Shown here piece by piece: positions 10,704-20,703 of a DNA stretch of 51,625 nt. A model generated the notes under the pieces. That model was not told the origin of the DNA, searched no databases, and was given only the letters and a program-made list of their open reading frames with translations. The DNA is from Veleropilina oligotropha (Eukaryota). The first letter of the stretch is position 1. Every line of letters starts with the position of its first letter. The DNA lies in NCBI GenBank assembly GCA_048128005.1, contig JBEUKZ010000110.1, forward strand, positions 62,001-113,625. The letters run 5' to 3'. The translations under genes and the position numbers were made by a program.

Positions 10704-10939
10704 CTGGGGCCGTCGCGAATGCCGGCAGCCCTAGGGCCGAGGCTTCCCTCTCCCGCTCTGCTTGCGGGATTTCGCTGGAGGTGCTTGCCTCTTTGGAGTG
10801 GGTTTATTGGCCGGAGGCCTACCACCCGAAGAGGGCTTCGCACGCTTAGAAGGCTTCGGGGCCGGGGTGGGCCCGGAGCGCTTCTTCGAGTTGGCAGGTG
10901 GACCCCGGGTGGGGAGCAGTACTGCCTTCTCGATGGCAC
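8657..10939 (-). CDS. DIRS pol ORF: reverse transcriptase, RNase H and DNA N6-adenine methyltransferase-like domain
   Basis: RT: FYSHFFLVPKPDGRWRPILDL, IDLADAYLHVP, LPFGLSSAP, YLDDWL. RNaseH: LFTDAS..GWGGHL, HINFLELEAV, TDNTT, HIPGKLNVRADSLSR. MTase: DLFA, YAFPP. Starts at GTG with no AUG before the RT core. Confidence 0.95.
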   Translation of the reverse strand: MPSRRQYCSPPGVHLPTRRSAPGPPRPRSLLSVRSPLRVVGLRPINPLQRGKHLQRNPASRAGEGSLGPRAAGIRDGPSCPLLPVGACLLAHSQPWLELTDSNWVHLVVSAGYKLAFNRHPTLTEAPPTRHARLLNGEKQAVLDQAVRDLLLKRAIYPAPPSTPGFYSHFFLVPKPDGRWRPILDLSYLNLYLRTEKFQQETLSKIRAAIRPGDWAASIDLADAYLHVPMHITAHQYLRFIHGKTIYQFRCLPFGLSSAPYVFTRTVQALGAFLHSLGHRVHMYLDDWLILGASRDLCLRSTSFTLSSTKRLGFQINETKSCFVPSTTFTFLGVDFDTVRYTAKPTQKGMRNLRAVIQDTLSSDITTARQLATVLGHIESVAPLLPTGRMDKRPLQQAFRDRWIQRTGQWKDRIDLRHWFTDTTAVWLNPALPDQSVPISPPEPNAYLFTDASNDGWGGHLDSYETSGLWPTDLQGRHINFLELEAVYLSVRSLSSHLRNKHIMLATDNTTVVAYIQHHGGTRSRPLCDRAIDLHRLVMSLNSTIRARHIPGKLNVRADSLSRRSQIIHTEWTLHSRVARDVCRRWSQPQVDLFATEFNYRLPLYVSPYPDPAALAVDAMSMTWENLSAYAFPPTCILSLVLQKAATERCEITLIAPLYRTQPWFPTLLDLIVDRPLALPQKLDLLMQPRTRVLHESPNHLRLHAWRLSNDPLLRKDFLKLQPYVSTDREGFPLQKSMTTDGLSTWIGVTAGRSIYSVPL

Positions 10940-12983
10940 GGTCCTTCATGTCCGCCGCTCTCTTGTCAACAAACTCCGTGAAGTTGTCACCAAAGAGAGT
11001 GGTGGCCGAGCAAGGTACGCATCGCAACGAGCGCCGGGTGGGCTCGTCCAGCGAGGTACCTTCCAGGCAAGCATCCCTACGAAGTAGGAGGGCATTGCCC
11101 AGGACACGTCCCGTCTCCAACGCGCTGGTCTCCTGCGCGGCAGCAACCTCCTGGAGGAAGGACAGGGCAGCCTCGGTGGCGCCGGGTCCATTCTCCTGTA
11201 GTACGGCTATCGCGCCGTCCAGGAAGAAGTCCTGAACAGACGATAGCCGTAGAGCCCGTCGGGCGGCGCTCTCGAAAGCTTCCAAGGCGGACCAAGGAAC
11301 TTTCGCTACGGAGGGAGTGTGACTGGCGGTCAGTCGACGCAACGAAGCGTCAACACGAGCCGGCTCAGTCGCCAGGCACGGGCCAGTGCATTCGAACGAG
11401 ATCGCTCGAGTACTGGCCCGGAGGTACCTCCCACTACGGAACCCCGAAGGGAACTCGTTCAGCGGGGAGGACTCCACCGGATTGCGCCCCTGAACGAGCT
11501 TGGTGATCGAGTCTACAACAAGATCCACCAGCCCGGACTGAGGTAAGGAGGGGAGCTCGGGGGCTTCCCTCGCAACAAACCGATGTGCTGCCGTCCTATG
11601 CTTGGCTACGTCTACAGCCGACCGAGTCGGTTCCGACAAGCCAAGCACCCCGCGAAGTGACGCAACGGCGTCGAGCCTTCGGCGGGTGGAGGAGGTCGGC
11701 TCCTGCGTGCCTGTAAGACTAATGTCTTCGGGCCCGACCGATTCAGGGAGGTCGGTGTGATTTGAACAGAGATCCTCGTCGGAACGAGGGTCGATGTCCA
11801 TCACTGAGGCAGGAGCCGTGCTCTGCGCCATGGGCAGAAGTGTAGGTACCAGGTGCGGCTCGGGAGCCGTCGGCCAGGCCTTACACCGTTCCTCGATCCC
11901 CGCCGCGATCCATGCCTGGACGTTCTCAAAAGAGAAACCCGGAGGCAGGACGGGCGACGAACTAACAGCCGGTAGTTCTGTCGAGGTAACCGTGGCGCTA
12001 GGTAGACGGGCTGCACGGACAGGTGGTACCGAGGACCAGGGTCCACGGGCACTTGTCGAGGGGTCGAACCCGAAGGACTGGCCCGGAGGCGCAGTCAGTG
12101 GGCCGGACGACCGATAGGACTGCGGCAACAGTTCTGATCGGTCTACCCCTCTGTTCGAGCGAGGCACGGACGGAAAACCGCCGTAGAACCCCGTCCCGAA
12201 CGCAGCCGGTCTGTCCACGTTCTCTAGCGTGACCACGTAGGGTGCACGGGAGAGACCGGGCCCTCTGAACGTCTCGTGAGCCTCGAGGTTGAGCGGAAAA
12301 CCCCTAGGGGAAGTCGCGTCGGTCTCGAGCGAGGATTCAGGTTTCGCCGATTGTCCGAGTCTTCGACCTACAAGTAGGTGCTCGGCCTCTTTAAAGGCTT
12401 TCTCTGCATTGGTTCTTTCACCGTCGCTAGACGGAGAGTGTACCGCAGAAGGACTAACTGTCCCCTTATTCTTCGAGGCCGAAGAAAAGGATGGGGATGG
12501 TCTGCCCTGTACAGCTGTTCGCTGCGCTGTCATGTATACCTTGCTAGCCGGCAAGGTATGGCTGACTGCAGCTACTAGGCCCGGTTTCGGAGGATCGGTC
12601 GACACTCGGGTCTTTACCTGAATCTGGGGTACCGGCAAGGTTTCGGTGACTCCCCCAAGAGTCGCGGAGGTTTCGCCGGTGGATCCGGCGACAGACGTCC
12701 CCTTGTGTCGGCTGTCGTCCAGCGTCCCTGAAGCAGACAAAGAAGAAACGTTATGTTTTAACTTACCGGTCTCTTCCTGACCCTTCTCCGGGGGAGGACC
12801 CACCGTGGCAGTCGCCCTGGTCGACTTACCGTGGTGAGACAGGGTTGCCCACTGCTTATCTGATAGAAGAAAGCACAGATCACATTGATGATTTATACTA
12901 CAGCTACGGTGAGTATAACATTCCTTGTGCCTATCAAATGCGTGAATTTTCTGGTTACACCCGGAGCTGCTGCACCGGACCAT
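10731..12983 (-). CDS. DIRS ORF1, Gag-like protein (~750 aa from the first ATG)
   Basis: N-terminal Cys/His cluster CSSSGC...DRHKEC..H..C...H.CDLC, Ser/Pro-rich middle, helical C-terminal region with LLRRDA..L and LFG, and a basic Pro-rich tail, as in DIRS1 gag (LAP2alpha-related). The ORF-track start at 13088 is GTG; first ATG is 12983. Confidence 0.85.
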   Translation of the reverse strand: MVRCSSSGCNQKIHAFDRHKECYTHRSCSINHQCDLCFLLSDKQWATLSHHGKSTRATATVGPPPEKGQEETGKLKHNVSSLSASGTLDDSRHKGTSVAGSTGETSATLGGVTETLPVPQIQVKTRVSTDPPKPGLVAAVSHTLPASKVYMTAQRTAVQGRPSPSFSSASKNKGTVSPSAVHSPSSDGERTNAEKAFKEAEHLLVGRRLGQSAKPESSLETDATSPRGFPLNLEAHETFRGPGLSRAPYVVTLENVDRPAAFGTGFYGGFPSVPRSNRGVDRSELLPQSYRSSGPLTAPPGQSFGFDPSTSARGPWSSVPPVRAARLPSATVTSTELPAVSSSPVLPPGFSFENVQAWIAAGIEERCKAWPTAPEPHLVPTLLPMAQSTAPASVMDIDPRSDEDLCSNHTDLPESVGPEDISLTGTQEPTSSTRRRLDAVASLRGVLGLSEPTRSAVDVAKHRTAAHRFVAREAPELPSLPQSGLVDLVVDSITKLVQGRNPVESSPLNEFPSGFRSGRYLRASTRAISFECTGPCLATEPARVDASLRRLTASHTPSVAKVPWSALEAFESAARRALRLSSVQDFFLDGAIAVLQENGPGATEAALSFLQEVAAAQETSALETGRVLGNALLLRRDACLEGTSLDEPTRRSLRCVPCSATTLFGDNFTEFVDKRAADMKDRAIEKAVLLPTRGPPANSKKRSGPTPAPKPSKRAKPSSGGRPPANKPTPKRQAPPAKSRKQSGRGKPRP

Positions 12984-13759
12984 AGCTAAATACACGGGAG
13001 GGTGGACGTGGGTAGACAGGGTAGATAAATAGGTATATATATGGTAGTTGAGACTTCTTTCCTTGGAGGGAGTACTACGACAACTCACAGAATTGTCCTG
13101 ATCTGAAGATTAGAGATCAAGCGATATACCGTTATTAAAAACCCCGAACTGGGAACACCGAGGTCGGGTATTTTACCCGACCGACCCGGTAACCCGGCAA
13201 ATTGACTAAAACAAAGGGAGGTTCTTTCCTCGAAAAAACCGCCCAGAAAACACCTGAAAACCTCGTGGATGTTTTATGTTAGTACAATGGCGTATTATCC
13301 CAGCAACGGCAGGATATCAGAAAATTAACGCAAGCTTAATATCAAAAGATCCTGCCTTTTAACAACGCTAGAAAATTTTTATAAATAAATAACCAGCAAA
13401 TAGCGTTGTTAAGGAATTATCCAATATAATGAGTTACCTGTTTGCAGTCTCAAACAATATCAGATAATTATACAGACCAGAAATTTCAGCTACACTCGAA
13501 ACTTTCCCTCTAAGCGGCCATCTTTAACGGCCACGGCGTCCTTGACGACGATGTCTGTTTCCTTTGATGTCCAGAACTTCCTCGAAGTTTGAGAATCACT
13601 CTTCTTATATTCACATGTGTTTTATATCCACAACACAGGGTTATATTCCACTACTTATATACTATATAAGTAGAAACTGCGCCCAGATTTAACGTGAAAT
13701 CGGGCGCCTATATCGAAATATTTGCGGAGCAAAAACAACGTCTTTCCGCGGCAGCGGAA

Positions 13760-13966
13760 AACTTTGAATTGATGTCATGTGACTTCTATTGTTCAGAAGT
13801 CTCACGAGACTTGGCGAAGTCTCGCTGGGGAACGTGGTGGGTAGGAGCAGGGGAGGTAACCGTGTGCTTTTTTGGATTATTAACGGTGCATTATGGGACA
13901 TATTCACCATTTCCGGTTTGGGCGATAATATACTATTATGGCAAGAGTAAGGACGTAAGTATGTTT
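13760..13966. repeat. DIRS 5' ITR (207 bp) plus an 11-nt terminal extension at 13967-13977
   Basis: Reverse complement of 6556-6762. Confidence 0.95.
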
Positions 13967-14884
13967 GTAACTATATACTTTAACATTCACAGCGGAGAGC
14001 CAGACATACAGACGGACGGACATCATCATTACATAGGCCTGCATCTGCTTTGCATGCAAGCCATACATGTATAGAAAACATGAAGAGAGTGTAACCTTGA
14101 TAAAAAAAAACTTCAACATTTAACTTTATAAAATTTCCCAAGTTAAAATCTCACATAATTTCTATTTTTGAGATAAAATAGATTTAATTTACCTTAAATA
14201 ATACTGCTCTGGTGGCATGATATATTGAAATAAACATATCTAATGTTCAATGATGCTAAAAAGTTTCAATGTCAGGTATTACATAGCATCATTGAAAAAC
14301 TTTAACAAAATAATTTCTATGTCCAGAAGTATCACTTTTGAAGAAAAATTTGATTTAAATTACATTCCATATTACTGTCATAGTGTAGGGCAATATTGCA
14401 GTAGACATTATGTCAAATAATACGATGATAAAGAGTGCAAATGTTTGCCTATATATAGTATTATTGAAAAACTTTAACATTTAAAATGTCTTAAGTCCAA
14501 AAGCAGCATTTTGAAGGAAAATTGTATTTAAATTACATTCAATATTAATAGTGTAGTGTTGTGCAACATGGGAATAGACATATCTACAATACAATTATGA
14601 TAAAGAGAGCACAGGATTGCCTATATAGCATAATTGAAAAACTTTAACATTCACTGCGGACGGCCGGACGGACGGACAGACGTACATCATCATTACATAG
14701 GCTCGCATCTGCGTTGCATGCGAGCCAAAAAGGGCCAATAATCCCGGCTCAAACCAGGTTTTTAAATGGTGCATAATGACTCTCAGAGAGATAAATATAT
14801 CCAGTTTATATGCGTTGCATATAGTATATAATTTAAGATATTCATCTACTTTAACGTCAATTAAGACGGTATTACAGTACTCAC

Positions 14885-15013
14885 ACTTTTGCCAACCCAA
14901 CGATTTGCTGACTGATCGTGCTATTTTAGATGACGTCGACTGGCTGAAGTGGTACACCTCACCTGGGGCATTCCAATCCACCTCAAACTCATTGAATGTA
15001 ATTTTGTGTATCA
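14885..15013 (-). CDS. DDHD1: DDHD1 coding exon 3
   Basis: AG acceptor. Encodes VIHKITFNEFEVDWNAPGEVYHFSQSTSSKIARSVSKSLGWQK (cf. VDWHSVDEVYLYSDATTSKIARTVTQKLG). GTGAG donor, phase 1. Confidence 0.9.
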
Positions 15014-15502
15014 CTGAAAAGACAAAAATGGAAAACGATCAATGCAGGCACCTCTAGCAATAATTATGATTAACCGATTCAAGACAGGGCCTAAATTACA
15101 AGCCACCCTTGAATAATTGCCTGGCCACTATTTCAACTTAAAATTACTTTGCCTTAAATTGTGACAGTATGTTTAATATTCAAGACGATATGTCTCATCT
15201 CTTGTAGTCCTGTGTTTGACGCCATCGCCGTGACAGATTGTCCGCACCAACCAGACGATGTCATAAGTATCACATTTACTGTACCGCCACATATCACGAT
15301 TATGACAGTCTGGCAGCATTTGAGAGATCATTCGTCCGTTCTATACGTGTTAGCGTGACAGTTGATAAATCGGCCGACGATGCCAGATGCCCACTACTGT
15401 ACTACTTGTCGGCCGAAGTCGTGTGGACAGACTTTAGCCATAACAAGTATGCTTTTATTATACTTTTTATTTATAGCACATCATGATATCCCTTTAACCC
15501 AC

Positions 15503-15664
15503 CAGGTTTTGGTCCCTTCGCTGGAGCCTCGCACACTTCATCCAGTCTACGACCTTTGAAGTGGGCAATATGTTCAGTATCGATCTGTGAAGCAAACCCA
15601 TCATCCAACGGTTGCCACGTATTCTCAAAGAACCACATGCCTCTCATGACGTCGGATACGTCAC
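15503..15664 (-). CDS. DDHD1: DDHD1 coding exon 2
   Basis: ttttcag acceptor. Encodes GDVSDVMRGMWFFENTWQPLDDGFASQIDTEHIAHF..., like human VMRGQWFIDGTWQPLEE. GT donor, phase 1. Confidence 0.9.
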
Positions 15665-16029
15665 CTGAAAAAAAATATATTATTGTCACAGATATCCACA
15701 AATAAGTTCATTATATATAAAGACTTAAGTAGACTCCACATTATCCGAACCTTTCCATTAACCGATCTAGCTTCAATGTCCTTCATTTTATTCTATTAAT
15801 TTCGAACTACTCTGAGTCTCTCTAAAAGACACTATTGGCATTCATCAGTAACTACACTACTAACATTTTTTCTACAAATTACAATGTTTTATGATACTGA
15901 TGTTTAGAAGGCAAGATTGACTAGCGACAAATTTGCATTTACGTTCAATTATACAATTTCTTGTGAGAGATTGAAGGAGACTGAACATTTTAGATTCACT
16001 GAAGCAATAATAGTCCAACCCTGATTGAA

Positions 16030-16458
16030 CAGGTTGGGGAGAAGTCATTTTTTGGGATATATATCCCGATCGGGATATATCTCAATCGGGAGATAAAATA
16101 TATCCCGATCGTGACATAAAATTTTGAAAATCGTTTTTGCAGTCAAGCACCAAAAATCTATCAAATGTAAGTATATTAGAAGTGATATTAGTAAATAATG
16201 CAATCAAATTGAGCCCCACTGGTCCTGAATTTAACGGCGGAAAAGCGACCGATTTTGTCGATTTTTAGCAGTGAAAGCAAGACACATCGAGGCAAAATTT
16301 CATAGCATTATTTACTTATATAGCCTCTCATATACTTATATTTGCTAGATTTTTGTTGATCGATTGCAAAAATTGTTTTTTTAAATTTTATATCCCTATT
16401 GAGATATATATATCCTGATCGGGATATATATCCCGAAAAGTGACTTCTCCCCAACCTG
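16030..16458. mobile_element. MITE with CAG...CTG termini in DDHD1 intron 1
   Basis: TIRs caggttggggagaagtca / tgacttctccccaacctg, sub-terminal gggatatatatccc palindromes, and TTGAA on both flanks. Confidence 0.8.
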
Positions 16459-16501
16459 TTGAAGACGTGTCACATATTATCCAACGGAATTTTTGCTATA
16501 C

Positions 16502-16985
16502 CTGACCAATAGACTGGGAAGCATTTCCTGGTGATGACGTCAACTTCGTACAGGCTGCCTCTAGCTAACACCATCTCCACATTCTCAGAGTCTGTGTTAC
16601 TCGCACTATAATTACAAAATTCTCTATATTTACATTCGATTCTCAGAGAATCGTAACCAATAAACGGGGTCCATTTGCTATCACTTTCTGCTTTGTACAT
16701 CCATCGTATTTCCTCTGGTCTAAGGTCTTCAACTAATTCTTTCTGAGGAAATAAATAGTTTTTAACCCTCGGGGCGGGCGGGCGCGGAGGCGGCACAGTT
16801 CGTCTTTGAGACGGGATAGACGCCGAAGAACCACTTGCGCTGTCTGGAAATTCTTCTTCCTCATCGGAGCGAAATTCGTCGTCGAACAGTGTAGGATACA
16901 ATCTATCGCTTGATCCCATAGAGTCCAATGCGGACGAAGATCGCCTGGACTCGAAATGTCCGTCACCTGTTGACGGATATTCCAT
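16502..16985 (-). CDS. DDHD1: Phospholipase DDHD1 (PA-preferring PLA1), coding exon 1
   Basis: ATG at 16985. Translation ...VEDLRPEEIRWMYK...WTPFIGYDSLRIE...VLARGSLYEVDVITRKCFPVYWS matches the DDHD1 N-terminal region. GT donor at 16501, phase 1. Confidence 0.9.
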
Positions 16986-18312
16986 AGAGTCGGAAAAACC
17001 AGCGTCAAACCAACATCACTGAACTCATGATGCCTTTCCAAAAATAAACGACCTTGACACCGCCAACCTTGACACACCGTCACATATGTTAGACGTATGT
17101 TCGTATATTATTTTCTCTTTGGAAAATAGGGCCATAGTAAATTGTTCTTACATATTTGTATCCAAATTAAAACACATATATATTACCTACAATTTACAGT
17201 AAAATAATATGTAACAAGCATATTTTAAAAGTACGTGAATAAAGTAAGCTATCACAGTATCCGAAATCTCGCAACTTCGTCTGCTACGAGATTTGGACAA
17301 TGAGGGAACTTGTGAAGTTGTTACAACATAAATGACGGGGAAATCTGACATTTCGTACGTCCTTGTTGAATATATCCCAATATCTTGTGCTTGCGTATTT
17401 AACTCAAGGATAAAGTAGTAAAAAAATTGTCACACATTGAAGTTGAACGGTTGCCTGCATCTTCCATGTCACGATTAATTCTGGTAGTGATTGTCTCCCT
17501 TCAGTTTCCACAGGAAATTGTTATGTTTTGCTAATCGTTTAAACGTGACTAAAAACAGGACAAGGTTTAAATGAAATATATACCGATATTTTATCAAATT
17601 GAAAAAGGTACCAATATTCTAAACAAATTTCGTACATACAAATAATTTATTACAGCAAACTTAAAAAGTTCAATTAATATACTACAGGTGATACCTAGTG
17701 ACGAGCACGCAGATTACTAGTATATATATAGGCCTATAAATATCGGGAAATCTAATAATGAATGTCTTTATTGATGACCTTACATGTTTCGCGGACTACT
17801 GAAATGGGTGATATCGCGTATTCGATCAAGGCAAGAATGTCTACAAGACAATATTTTTTTTTTATTGGCACAAGATCAATGTACGCAAAGGTATAGCCAG
17901 AGAAAGACATTAATAACGTAATTAAATAGCATACCTAATGCACACAAATAGCTCATAAGTATAGATCCCGTGTTACGAAAGTTGCGAATAACCGAAAGAG
18001 ATGAATAATTATATTTCCACATCGTTACATCGATTTTTAATTCATAATATGTTGTGGAGTTATCTGCGCTTGTATTCGTTCTTTTATCTTTTCCGTATAC
18101 GCATTTATATGAAGGGCTCGCACTGCGTGCTCATTATAATATGCTACAGGTGCTACTTAGTGACAAGCACGCAGATTATATATACGTCAGGGAAATATAG
18201 CAATAAAATATCTTTATTGATTACGCTTACAAATTAATCTACGGGCCATCTTCGCAAATAAATAATAATTATGCTTGCAAAACACCATGGCCAGAATGAC
18301 CAGCAAATATCT

Positions 18313-18653
18313 TATAATAATAATAATAATACTCCGGTCTTATATAGCGCATTATTACGCTAGTGTCTCAATGCGCTGAACATTATTACCCTGGTTATGG
18401 GCCTGTTCCACTCGATATGCCATCTCAACTCCCTTTGGGAGCATTACAGTCATTTACACGCGGGTAGCGCCGTGACTTACATAACTGCCAACCAGGTACC
18501 CATTCCGATCGGCTGGGTGGACCGAGGCAAATATATGCTTATTTCCTTGCCCAAGTGAAATCGCCGAGCTTTGGGGGCGAACTCGAGACTCTGTGACCAG
18601 AGTCCTGTGAACAACCCACTGAGCCACGACGGCATATATTGGTTGAAAATTGC
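18313..18653 (-). mobile_element. tRNA-derived SINE with Deu/Nin-like core and L2-type tail
   Basis: Head gccgtcgtggctcagtgg (A-box) ... gagttcg (B-box-like); core cttgggcaag...tccacccagc...aatgggtacc; tail agcgcattgaga...tgcgctatataag followed by (TTA)n. Confidence 0.75.
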
Positions 18654-19032
18654 ATGACCTGTGACATAACCAAGACCCGACCTTATGAGGTTCGGCAACG
18701 TCCGCTTTAAAATGCATGATGTCAGGTCGCGTAAATGTAAACTAAGTATATTTAAAATGAAATTTGATAATAATATTTTGCATACATACATATTTCAATA
18801 ACTTATTTACAATAGGTATTTATCTAATGAAAAAGAATAAGAAACGGGGGGGGGGGGGATCCGGTCCCATACGAGATTATCGAGATGCGCAGAACCGGGA
18901 AAATAATTATATTTCCAGGTGATAACATCGGTTTTGAATTCATAGTATGTTATGTAGTTATCTGCCCTTGAATTAGTTCTGTCTTTCCATATACATGTTA
19001 TGTGTAGAGCTCGCACTGCGTGCTTGCTATTA

Positions 19033-20703
19033 TTGTATCCCCCGAAACGAAAGTATCGGGGGATACTATGGTTTAGCGTTCGCTACGCCGCCGCCGCGTC
19101 CGGCAAGAGATTCCTCGTGATCGCTCTAGATAGGCCGTTTCTTAACGGAATGTTTTCAAATTTGGTATGTGCATTGGTTGAGGCGAGGACACGGCACCTA
19201 TATAATTTGGGTGTGTTCCGACCTCCAAGATGGCCGCTGTGGCGTCCATTTTGGATTTTAAGCATAATTCTTTGCGATCGCTCTAGAAAGGCCATTTCAT
19301 AACGGAATGTTTTCAAATTTGGTTTGTGCATTGGTTGGGGCAAGGACATGGCACCTATATATTTTGGGTCACGTGAGCACAATTGTTTGGCAGCCATCTT
19401 GAATTTCATTAGAAAACTATTTTCTTTTTTAACTTGGTTAATATTTAACCTAGCGGGACATGATTTATATATTCAGATACCAGAGGTAATTGTCTAAAAT
19501 GTCATGAATGTGGGTTTGTTATTTTAACCGGCAGTCAAATTGGATTTAAATTTTAAGGGTCTTTAAAATGGCTATATCTTGAAAATAATGCATCGTAGAC
19601 ACATGGTCACTATGGGAAGTCATGGTTGGGCTTTCAAATGCCACCATGACCTTTGACCTCAGATGACCTACATTGCGCTAAATGACCTAATTAAGGGAAA
19701 ATGGATATAATTATGTGTGCCTATAGTGAATAAAGTGAACTCCTATTGACGTATATAGTCTACATTTACCTATTATGCCAGCTATAATTGAAAAGCAGGA
19801 AGTGCCTCGGCGGCCATTAAAGCATTTGTTTCAAGTGGTAATATATAAAAAAGGGTTCTTTCACATGTGACCTTGACCTATGACCTCAGTTGACCTACAT
19901 TACAGGAAATGACCTAATTAAGGAGAAAGACATAGGCTTGCCAGAAAATGGTCAGGAATTGGCCAACTTGGTTAATATTGATGCTAGATCTTAGATATTT
20001 TAAATTAGGAAAATAAAAAATTTCGGAAACAACGAACAAAATGGCCACCACATTTTTCTTAAAAAGGCCAGAACTTGTGACCGACGTGGTGTACAGACCT
20101 GAAATTTTCAGCATTCGATTCAGAGTGGCCATATGTATACATTAATAAAATTGTAAGGAAAACAAATTTAAAAACAAAATTTAAATAATTTTTTTTTATA
20201 TCTTCGCAAATACCATTACGAGTATGCACAAACTACATATATTTTGGGTGTGGCCTGACCTCCAAGATGGCCGCCACGACCACCATAACCGTGTGAATGC
20301 TCGAGACAGACCATTTCGTAACATAATGTTTTCAAATTTGGTATGTGCATTGGTTGGAGCGAGGACACGATACCTATAGATTTAGGGTGTGGTCCGACCT
20401 CCAAGATGGCCGCCACGGCCACCATAACTGCTTGTGATCGCTCTAGTTTCTTAACGGAATGTTTTCAAATTTGGTATGTGCATTGGTTTGGATGGGGACA
20501 CAACACCTATAGTTTTTGGGTTTGCTACGGCCTCCAAGATGGCCGCTGTGGCCTCCATCTTGCATTTTAAAGCATAATTCTTTGTGATCGCTCTAGACAG
20601 GTCATTACCGGGGGATACATATGCGGTCACTCATGACTGAGCGTCTAGTTAAAGTACCTTGCGGGGGCTACATATGCGGTCACTCGTGACTGAGCGTCTA
20701 GTT
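19033..20703 (+). mobile_element. HINE-like element with internal tandem units and a duplicated 3' end
   Basis: 5' gtatcccccg...cgggggatac inverted repeat; units containing cctccaagatggccgc; 3' sub-terminal repeat gggggatac plus hairpin and ctagtt, repeated twice (20608-20712). Confidence 0.7.

Larger units (their letters stand above)
6524..13977 (-). mobile_element. Full-length DIRS1-type tyrosine-recombinase retrotransposon (7454 bp)
   Basis: Inverted terminal repeats, an internal complementary region matching both ends, gag-like ORF, RT/RNaseH/methyltransferase ORF and an overlapping recombinase ORF, all uninterrupted. No target-site duplication compared with the paralogous empty site attgaaaaa|ctttaac at ~14633-14648. 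Confidence 0.96.
6313..14731 (-). mobile_element. Third HINE-like repeat array, split by the DIRS insertion (pieces 6313-6523 and 13978-14731; related piece ~5090-5270)
   Basis: 6313-6523 joined to 13978-14070 is collinear with the uninterrupted copy at ~14420-14731. Termini carry (gacg)n and the inverted repeat ggctcgcat/atgcgagcc. Confidence 0.7.

Noticed and set aside
7746..10939. RT + integrase + methyltransferase as a prokaryotic retron, DGR or prophage system
   Set aside because: ITRs, ICR, gag ORF and overlapping frames are fully explained by a DIRS1 retrotransposon in an animal intron.
7849..12621. Many plus-strand ORFs inside the DIRS (e.g. 10452-11087, 10762-11235)
   Set aside because: Antisense shadows of GC-rich, doubly constrained coding sequence; no recognisable motifs.
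6524..13977. Hammerhead ribozyme in the retroelement
   Set aside because: The only CTGATGA I noticed (~10232) is antisense within RT coding sequence and lacks a correctly placed GAAA and stems. A covariance-model search would be needed to exclude variants.
18570..18653. tRNA genes here and at ~21560-21650 and ~27420-27578
   Set aside because: These are A/B-box heads attached to SINE cores and tails; no complete cloverleaf.
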